DNA of 54,475 nucleotides from an uncultured Planctomycetia bacterium. GTDB lineage: Bacteria; Omnitrophota; Gorgyraeia; 1-14-0-20-64-10. Both the position numbers and the translations under genes were made by a program. The stretch is taken from contig CAYJWF010000009.1 of the NCBI GenBank assembly GCA_964373805.1, forward strand, positions 1 to 54,475. The letters run 5' to 3'. Below the pieces are notes generated by a model that did no database searches, was not told the DNA's origin, and saw nothing but the letters and a program-made list of their open reading frames with translations. This document shows, piece by piece, positions 54,250-54,475 of this stretch (within the stretch, counting starts at the first letter, position 1; the number at the start of each line of letters is the position of its first letter).

Positions 54250-54475
54250 GGTGATCAAGCCGCACGGCCGATTAGGACTGGTCAGCTTAAGGAGTTACCT
54301 CCCTTACACCTCCAGCCTATATACCTGGTAGTCTGCCAGGGGCCTTTAGGAGCCTTGCGGCCCGGGAATCCTTATCTTCGGGTGGGCTTGGCGCTTAGAT
54401 GCGTTCAGCGCTTATCCCGACCGAACATGGCTACCCAGCCTTTGCGCCTGGCGGCACAACTGGGACACCAGAGGT
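54250..54475 (-). rRNA. rrl: 23S rRNA, 3' end (partial; runs off the window)
   Basis: Reverse complement contains GATAAGCGCTGAACGCATCTAAG, AGACTACCAGGTATATAGG, CTGACCAGTCCTAAT. Confidence 0.96.

Overview
GC-rich bacterial chromosomal segment, almost all on the minus strand, running from the 3' end of an rRNA operon (23S, 5S) to a tRNA-Pro(CGG). The backbone is housekeeping: yebC-ruvCAB-DUF2905-spoIID, queA-tgt-yajC-secDF-recJ, lepB, mutS-mutL, rpmB, recG-rsmD-coaD-rpmF-plsX-fabHD-acpP-fabF-fabI, smc and the ribBA-ribH-nusB-ribD-ribE cluster. The lineage looks like Ca. Omnitrophota or a related PVC group, but that is an unverified impression. Three things stand out. (1) Two large orphan proteins (1382 and 1272 aa) interrupt conserved gene orders and share an architecture: signal-like leader, then unrelated cargo modules (MraZ-like, HExxH metallopeptidase-like, an embedded Tat-like/TM-anchored unit) delimited by a recurring [A/T/G/V]-G-L-E-[E/Q] motif. 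A third similar leader sits one frameshift upstream of a transaldolase. This suggests a motif-punctuated secreted polyprotein system. (2) At least three families of very short repeats (13-bp palindromes such as GGTGCCWGGCACC, a 24-bp CCTGAGC..GTCGAAGG unit nested within itself, and inverted heptamer arrays) occur in frame inside many essential genes and appear to build three signal peptides. (3) SMC carries a 199-aa mini-intein in its Walker A motif. Three toxin-antitoxin pairs and several apparently leaderless promoters are also present. All family assignments come from motif recognition by eye; no database searches were run.
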